Origin: a virus
Direction: 5' to 3' (one strand)
DNA: 64,000 nucleotides
IMG/VR virus record: IMGVR_UViG_3300037237_000386
Location: 12,919-76,918 of that record
The notes beneath the pieces were generated by a model. The model worked only from the letters and a program-made list of their open reading frames with translations, had not been told where the DNA came from and did no database searches. Positions 58,366-64,000 of the stretch are shown in pieces; position 1 is the first letter of the stretch; every line of letters begins with the position of its first letter. The translations under genes were made by a program, and so were the position numbers.

Positions 58366-58728
58366 ATGTGGATATTCGCGTTGGAGGGGTTCGTTTCGGT
58401 GGTGGCCATCAACGGCACGAGCGACCAGCTGATGGTGCGCGGGCGGGTGCAGCAGGACGTCGAGGCCTGGCACAAGGTGGCGGGGGGCAAGTCGAAGGTC
58501 GGGCAGGTTCGGCACACGCCGAAGGCCGACTACCCATGGCGGTTCAGCACGACGCGCAAGCGGTTCGCGGAGGGGCTCGCCAAGATGGCGCTGAAGGGCC
58601 TGAAGTACGGCAACTTCAAGGGGGCCGTCGGCCATGGCGACGAGGAGCGCGCGCGGGCGTACATGAGCGTGTGGTCGACGATGGGTGCGTTCGGGGACGG
58701 GGCGGAGCACGGCGTCTCGTTCGAGTGA
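58366..58728 (+). CDS. conserved-looking hypothetical protein (moron-like)
   Basis: MWIF...GFVSVV...LMVRGR...ADYPWR...YGNFK; has its own promoter. Confidence 0.6.
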   Translation: MWIFALEGFVSVVAINGTSDQLMVRGRVQQDVEAWHKVAGGKSKVGQVRHTPKADYPWRFSTTRKRFAEGLAKMALKGLKYGNFKGAVGHGDEERARAYMSVWSTMGAFGDGAEHGVSFE

Positions 58729-58731
58729 GCG

Positions 58732-58836
58732 TTCGGACGCTCTGAAAGTGGCACGAGGTGGCGCGGGATCGCGCTCACTCGGACGCGAGCAAAGCCTCCA
58801 AAGGGCGAGCCTCGTGCGACCCTCAGAGCGGCCGAA
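58732..58836. ncRNA. candidate multi-branched structured RNA
   Basis: Three nested stems close three small hairpins (see findings). Confidence 0.5.
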
Positions 58837-58873
58837 GGTTGCGCCCCCACGGGTCCGCCCGTAGTCTCCAGGC

Positions 58874-59107
58874 ATGGCGAAGGCCCCGGCTCGCATCATC
58901 CAGCAGACGCCGCACTCGGTCGTGGGCTCGCGCGAGCAGAAGGCCGCGGGACCCCACGGCTCGGAGACGAGCACCGAGGGAGCCGCGGCGCTGCGCGACC
59001 GCAAGCCGCTGCCGACCCCGCGTACGGGCACGCCCTGCCACTCGAAGCCGGAGCCGATGCCGCCGCTGAAGAACGACCGACCCCCCTTCAAGAACATGAA
59101 GGGTTGA
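58874..59107 (+). CDS. small basic hypothetical protein
   Basis: Leaderless after TAGTCT; C-terminal DRPPFKNM resembles DKRPFKNL of 59653..59976. Confidence 0.5.
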   Translation: MAKAPARIIQQTPHSVVGSREQKAAGPHGSETSTEGAAALRDRKPLPTPRTGTPCHSKPEPMPPLKNDRPPFKNMKG

Positions 59108-59625
59108 AGAGGGTGGTCTGCTGCAGATGCAGCGACCCGATTGAGCACACGCGTTCTCACGGGTGGCGAATCTGCGAGGTGTGCTTCCGGGTGTGGCAGT
59201 CGAGAAACTACGCGAAGAAGCGCGAGAAGAAGATCGCTTACCAAGCTCGGTACCAAGTCGAGCATCACGTGGCGATTCTGCTGCGGCAGAGGAGGTACCG
59301 TGTCGCTAACAGGCGTTTCATTGTGTTGAGGAATCGCTCCTACTACTTGGCCCACAAGGAGGAGTTTTTCGCAGCAGCGAGGAACCGCGCGGCCATGAAA
59401 CGAGGAGCGGTCGACCGGCTCACGGCGGCGCAGTGGCGGGAGATCGTCGAGTTCTTCGACTACCGCTGCGCTTACTGCCTGCAGCGGCTCCCTTTGACGC
59501 AGGACCATGTGATTGCACTTTCCAGGGGTGGGACGCACACTGCGGAGAACGTCGTCCCGGCTTGTTTGCCGCACAATCTGGAGAAGTCGACGAAGCCGGT
59601 TTTTTTCATGACCCAAGCGGCGTAG
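59104..59625 (+). mobile_element. HNH endonuclease
   Basis: CAYC...LTQDHVIALSRGGTHTAENVVPAC..HN.EK; atypical codon usage. Confidence 0.85.
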
Positions 59626-59652
59626 ATTGCAAGAGAGGCAAGAGGCACGACC

Positions 59653-59976
59653 ATGGCAGCAAGCAAGCAGAACCCCCCGTTCGCGACGAGTGACGGCAAG
59701 CCCACGGGACAGGGCAAGACGTCGAGCGGAGCGGTGAACCTGCTCGTGGACCCCACGGGCGGCGGTGACAAGAGCGGTGGCCGGGACTTCACGAAGGAAA
59801 GCCGCGCGCAGCCGGCAGCCAAGACGCAGGTGGGCTTGCCGAACAGTGCGAGCATCCCGGCCGGCGGCAAGGGCCTGGAGTTCGCGGACCCCAAGGGAGT
59901 CAGCAAGAACGCCAGCGGCACGAGCGAGGACAAGCGACCGTTCAAGAACCTGTCGTCGCCGTCGAAGGGGAAGTAG
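59653..59976 (+). CDS. small basic hypothetical protein (head module)
   Basis: ORF with a GAGG RBS. Confidence 0.55.
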   Translation: MAASKQNPPFATSDGKPTGQGKTSSGAVNLLVDPTGGGDKSGGRDFTKESRAQPAAKTQVGLPNSASIPAGGKGLEFADPKGVSKNASGTSEDKRPFKNLSSPSKGK

Positions 59977-59988
59977 CTTCCCTTCGCC

Positions 59989-60396
59989 ATGAGCGAGACG
60001 GTCACCATCCAGGGCTCGGCCATCAGTTCGGGGCCGAGCCCCGTGAGCGACGGGAGCGTGTTCCCGGCTGGTGCGACGGGTATCCCCATCGACCTCAACC
60101 CGGCGCAGAAGACGTACAACGTCTCGACGGGAAGGCAGACGCCCGCCATCAACAGCACGAACGCGCCGCAGACACTGAGCGGCATCGGTGCAGGGCAGAC
60201 CGTGACGACGGCGCACACGCTCTACATGCGCACGACGGGCGTGATGACGGTGGTCATCACGTACCAGACGCTGGGTGCGGAGAGCATTCCGCTGAGCGGC
60301 TTGCTGCTGCTGGAGGCGGACCCGAACCGGCTCATCACGGGAGTGACGGTGCAGGGGGCAGGGCAGCTCGAGTTCCAGGCTTGGGGAGCGCAGTAG
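59989..60396 (+). CDS. virion structural protein
   Basis: Thr/Gly/Ser-rich beta protein in the head module. Confidence 0.5.
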   Translation: MSETVTIQGSAISSGPSPVSDGSVFPAGATGIPIDLNPAQKTYNVSTGRQTPAINSTNAPQTLSGIGAGQTVTTAHTLYMRTTGVMTVVITYQTLGAESIPLSGLLLLEADPNRLITGVTVQGAGQLEFQAWGAQ

Positions 60397-60495
60397 CTTC
60401 TCCTGGCGGGAGCGGGTAGCTTCTTCTCGAACACACCCCGGAGGACGCCCATGGTGGGCGAGATGCCGGACCAGTGAACGCAAGGAGAAGCGTCA

Positions 60496-61371
60496 ATGTC
60501 CCTCGCCACCCTCACGGGAGCCACCACGGGCAGCGCCACGTCGCTCGCCCAGATGCTCAACCGAATCCTCATCGGCCAGCTGCCGAGTGCCCTGAATCAG
60601 CTCGCCCTCGGGCAGATGCTGCGGCAGCAGATGCCCATCACGCTGCGGCGCTGCAACCCGGTCATCGCGGCGACAGCGCCGATCCCGAACCCGTATTTCG
60701 TCGCGGGGCAGAGCGTCGCGGAGAACACCGTCGCGAACCCTGCAGGACCCGGCGGGAGCGGCGGCTCGGCTCCCCTCGTGCCCACGGCGGCTTCGGTCAC
60801 GCCGGGCGCGAACATCCTCGGGCAACTGCCCGACGACGCGAAGTGCCTGTCCATCGTGCGGGCCGTGCCCGTGGCGGGCACCGGGACGCTCATCGACCTG
60901 GTCATCGACCTGCCCCCGGCGAACGTGACGAGCTTCGCCACGGGCGGCACGGGCCCCGGCGCGGGGCACATCGGTGTCAGCCCGAGCGGCGACATCGTGG
61001 CGAACGCGACGGACGCGTGGACGAGCCTCGACGTCACGTACATCCCCGACCACAACGATTGCATCGAGTACGCGGCGCTGTCGGTCGTGGCGGCTTCGGG
61101 CATCTGCGCGCTGCCGGTGGCGGCGACCACGCAGGGAGTCGTCATGCTCATGGAGGCGGAGAGCCTCGCCGGCACGGTGACGGGCAAGTTCGCCATCCTG
61201 CCGCCCAGCGCCAGCAACCCGGGTGCGACGAAGCAGTGCAACCTGACGGCCATCAAGACGGGCGTCCTGTTCAAGGCGTCGGACGCGGTGACCAGCGCAC
61301 GCATCAAGCTGGGCCTCGTCAGCGCGGTGAACCAGAACCAGCTGCTGGAAGCGGCGAGCACGTTCGTCTAG
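60496..61371 (+). CDS. virion structural / head decoration-like protein
   Basis: AAGGAG RBS; Ala/Thr/Gly-rich; followed by a terminator. Confidence 0.55.
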   Translation: MSLATLTGATTGSATSLAQMLNRILIGQLPSALNQLALGQMLRQQMPITLRRCNPVIAATAPIPNPYFVAGQSVAENTVANPAGPGGSGGSAPLVPTAASVTPGANILGQLPDDAKCLSIVRAVPVAGTGTLIDLVIDLPPANVTSFATGGTGPGAGHIGVSPSGDIVANATDAWTSLDVTYIPDHNDCIEYAALSVVAASGICALPVAATTQGVVMLMEAESLAGTVTGKFAILPPSASNPGATKQCNLTAIKTGVLFKASDAVTSARIKLGLVSAVNQNQLLEAASTFV

Positions 61372-61386
61372 GGCACGGACAACGCG

Positions 61387-61422
61387 AGGGGGAGGCCGGC
61401 TCGGTGCCTGCCTCCCCCTTTT
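61387..61422 (+). terminator. intrinsic terminator
   Basis: AGGGGGAGGC...GCCTCCCCCTTTT. Confidence 0.7.
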
Positions 61423-61443
61423 CACGTCTGAAGGGAGAGCGAG

Positions 61444-62370
61444 ATGGCTGAAGCAGCAGGGGCGCAAGGTACGGAGCAGCAGGGAACGCCGGGGACCGCG
61501 GGAACGCCTCCTCCGGGCACGAACGGGGCGCCGCCGGCAGGAGCGGCGGGGGCAGGCGGGGGGACGCAGCAGACGCCTCCCAAGGCCAAGGAGGACCCGC
61601 CCGCGAGGACGGAGCCGAAGAGGCACAAGCTGGAGGCGGACGGTGAAGTGCCGGACGACGCAGAGGTGCTGGAGCTCTCCCCGAGGGCGCTCAAGAGCAG
61701 GCTGGCGCGCAGCACGGCGACGGAGCTGAAGAAGAAGTTCGGCACTGACGACGTGGACAAGATCGCGGCGGACCTGAAGGAGCTCGCCACCTACCGCGAG
61801 GAGAAGGAGAAGAAGCGCAAGGCGGAGCTGTCCGATCTCGAGCGCGAGCGCGAGGAGCACGAGAAGACGAAGGGTCGGGCGACTGCGGCCGAGGCGAGAG
61901 CGCGCGAGGTGAGCGAGCTGCGCGTGTTCGACAAGGAGGACCGACGCATCAGCAAGGTGGCCGGCAAGTACATCGACGAGGACTACGTCGATGAGGAGAT
62001 GAACAAGTTCGCCGCACACCTGACCAAGACGTTCACGGACAAGGAGCTGAAGAAGCTCCGCGGCGCGGGCTTCGAGGAGGAGGCGGAGAAGTACTTCAAG
62101 GGACGCGTCGAGAAGAAGCCCAAGCTCGCGAAGGACTACGAGGAGACGCGGAGCAAGGAGATCGCCCAGGAGCTCAAGGACATCGCCGCGGGCCGGACAC
62201 CGAAGAAGAAGGTGACGAACGGGGCGGACGTGAGCGGGCGCAAGAAGCCGGAGCCCACGGAGGACACGGGCGGTCCCAAGACGTTCGCGCCGGGCAAGAA
62301 GAACAGCATGAGCGACAAGGAAGTCCGCGACGAGCTGAAGAAGCGGAACGGCGGGCGGATGCCGTACTAG
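61444..62370 (+). CDS. capsid scaffolding protein
   Basis: Low-complexity N-terminus, highly charged coiled coil (AELSDLERERE), directly before the capsid gene. Confidence 0.7.
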   Translation: MAEAAGAQGTEQQGTPGTAGTPPPGTNGAPPAGAAGAGGGTQQTPPKAKEDPPARTEPKRHKLEADGEVPDDAEVLELSPRALKSRLARSTATELKKKFGTDDVDKIAADLKELATYREEKEKKRKAELSDLEREREEHEKTKGRATAAEARAREVSELRVFDKEDRRISKVAGKYIDEDYVDEEMNKFAAHLTKTFTDKELKKLRGAGFEEEAEKYFKGRVEKKPKLAKDYEETRSKEIAQELKDIAAGRTPKKKVTNGADVSGRKKPEPTEDTGGPKTFAPGKKNSMSDKEVRDELKKRNGGRMPY

Positions 62371-62386
62371 GGAAACCCGGGTTTCC
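62371..62386. repeat. 16-bp palindrome copy 15
   Basis: Read directly; abuts a TAG. Confidence 0.97.
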
Positions 62387-62389
62387 CTC

Positions 62390-62430
62390 AAGCCCCGGAC
62401 GGGCCCTCGCTGGGCTCCTCCGGGGCTTTT
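62390..62430 (+). terminator. intrinsic terminator
   Basis: AAGCCCCGGA...TCCGGGGCTTTT. Confidence 0.7.
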
Positions 62431-62432
62431 CC

Positions 62433-62462
62433 TTGCACGGGTGCCGAACTGGCCCGTATGCT
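62433..62462 (+). promoter_or_regulatory. promoter TTGCAC-N18-TATGCT upstream of the capsid gene
   Basis: Near-consensus hexamers right after the terminator. Confidence 0.55.
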
Positions 62463-62621
62463 CCGCGGAGTCAGCGTAGTGGCAGAGCGAGTACCCGACA
62501 CGGGGCACACCGCCGGTCAACAGGTGGAACACGGGGCAAGCCGAGCTGCGAAGTCGACGGATGGGCGCAACGCCGTGGTGGCGAGCCCCGCACGTGAGCA
62601 CTCGCAGAAGGAGAACACCCC

Positions 62622-64000
62622 ATGGCCGGCGGCATCCTCGTAGGAGTTCCCGCCATCGTCGCGTCGCTGCAGCAGCAAGGTCTGCTCGAGCGCGCGTTCC
62701 ACGATGGTCTCTTCCCCAACCTCGCGTACCGCGCCGAAGCGATGCCCGAGGAGTGGCCGCTGCAGAGCGGGCAGCAGATTTTCATGACGCGCCCGGGGCT
62801 CATCACCCCGCAGGTGAGCGCGCTGCAGCCTGGCTCGGACCCCGTCGGCAAGACGGTGCCCTTCGAGCAGTGGGTCGCGACCCTCCAGCAGTACGCCGAC
62901 AGCGTGGACGTCCACATGCCGACGGCTGTCACCACGAACGCGAACCTGTTCCTGCGGTACATCCACCAGCTCGGGCTGCAGGCGGGCCAGAGCATCAACC
63001 GCATCGCGCGGAACGCCCTCTTCCAGGCGTACCTCTCCGGGCAGACCGTGACGACCACGGCGCCGGTCACCTCGGATACGACGCTGCAGGTGGCGAGCTG
63101 CAACGGGTTCACGAGCGTGGTCATCCCCGGTGGCAACGTCGCGCCGCAGCCGGTGAGCACGGCCTTCCCGCTGCCCATCAACATCTACACGTCGACCGGG
63201 ACCATCATCACGGCCAACGTCATCGGGTACACGCTGAACAACCCGAACGACCCGAACGGGCCGGGTACCCTGAACCTGCAGGCGGCCATCGGCACCTCGG
63301 GCCTCAGCTCGCGCACTGCCGTCAAGAGCCAGTACGCCCCGCTCATCCTCCGCAGCGCGGCGGGTAACAGCGTGGACGGCATCGGCTCGGGCGACACGCT
63401 CGTGCTGCAGCAGGCCATCAACGCGGTCGGGTTCCTCCGGCTCGCGAACGTGCAGCCGCACGAGGACGGTTTCTACCACGCGCACATCGCGCCCACGGCG
63501 AACAGCCAGGTGTTCGCGGACCCCGTGTTCCAGCGGCTGAACCAGAGCCTGCCGGAGCACGTCGTGTACAAGGAGGGCTTCATCGGGACCATCGCGAACG
63601 TGATGTTCTTCATGAACAGCGAGTCGCCGCTGGCCTTCAACACGGGCACGCAGGTGGCCACTGCAAACTCGGGCATCTACGGCACCGAGATCGGAGCCGA
63701 GGTGGTGAACGGCAACGGCGTCGCCATCGGGCGCACGATCATCACGGGCCGCGGGGCCTTCTACGAGAAGTACCTGGACGAGTCGGCCTACGTGACCGAG
63801 GCCGGCACGGTCGGGAAGATCGGGGAGTTCGACGTCGTGAACAACGGCATCAGCATCATGACGGAGCGCATCCGCATGATCCTGCGCGCACCGCAGGACA
63901 AGCTGCAGCAGGTGGTCACGTGCAGCTGGAGCATCACGACCAGCTTCCCCGTGCCCAGCGACATCACCGCGGCGAGCGGACCGCAGCTCTTTAAGAGAGC
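62622..64000 (+). CDS. major capsid protein (partial; runs off the window end)
   Basis: AAGGAG RBS; open frame MAGGILVGVPAIVASLQQQGLLERAFHDGLFPNL...LGLQAGQSINRIARNAL...; follows the scaffold gene; missing from the ORF track because it has no stop. Confidence 0.75.
   Translation, partial: MAGGILVGVPAIVASLQQQGLLERAFHDGLFPNLAYRAEAMPEEWPLQSGQQIFMTRPGLITPQVSALQPGSDPVGKTVPFEQWVATLQQYADSVDVHMPTAVTTNANLFLRYIHQLGLQAGQSINRIARNALFQAYLSGQTVTTTAPVTSDTTLQVASCNGFTSVVIPGGNVAPQPVSTAFPLPINIYTSTGTIITANVIGYTLNNPNDPNGPGTLNLQAAIGTSGLSSRTAVKSQYAPLILRSAAGNSVDGIGSGDTLVLQQAINAVGFLRLANVQPHEDGFYHAHIAPTANSQVFADPVFQRLNQSLPEHVVYKEGFIGTIANVMFFMNSESPLAFNTGTQVATANSGIYGTEIGAEVVNGNGVAIGRTIITGRGAFYEKYLDESAYVTEAGTVGKIGEFDVVNNGISIMTERIRMILRAPQDKLQQVVTCSWSITTSFPVPSDITAASGPQLFKR

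Noticed and set aside
58732-58836. tRNA gene
   Set aside because: Branched fold, but no T-loop (TTCRA) or D-loop consensus in place and no 7-nt anticodon loop; no tRNA was recognised anywhere in the window.
662-62386. Palindrome copies as a CRISPR array, intrinsic terminators or REP elements
   Set aside because: They are kilobases apart with no spacer structure, have no loop or following U-tract, and over half lie inside coding sequence.
1-64000. Integrase, att sites or flanking host genes
   Set aside because: None was recognised, so lifestyle (temperate or lytic) and host cannot be determined from this window.

Overview
The window is a 64-kb segment of a high-GC tailed dsDNA phage or prophage, coded almost entirely on the + strand with many overlapping stop/start codons. 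The host is possibly a myxobacterium, a weak inference from the style of its lipoproteins. Order: sigma factor; replication/recombination module (intein-containing family B polymerase, UvsY-like, SSB, RecA, dCTP deaminase, Mre11/Rad50-like pair, resolvase); DNA-modification cluster (ParB-like, TET/JBP dioxygenase with a frameshift, second ParB-like, beta-glucosyltransferase-like, HAD phosphatase) plus ThyX; a block of small early-type genes with a DUF3560-methyltransferase; terminase; about 20 kb of accessory, lipoprotein, fibre-like and lysis genes; portal; MuF protein fused to kinase and ADP-ribosyltransferase domains; scaffold; and a major capsid gene cut off by the window end. The most striking unexplained signal is a 16-bp palindrome, GGAAACCCGGGTTTCC, found 15 times (14 perfect, 1 single mismatch), never more than about 8.1 kb apart. 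It occurs inside genes (usually read as ETRVS) and directly after stop codons. With the two ParB-fold paralogues flanking the dioxygenase, this suggests a parS-like, clamp-guided system for marking or modifying the phage's own DNA (hypothesis). All family calls come from recognising motifs by eye; no searches were run.
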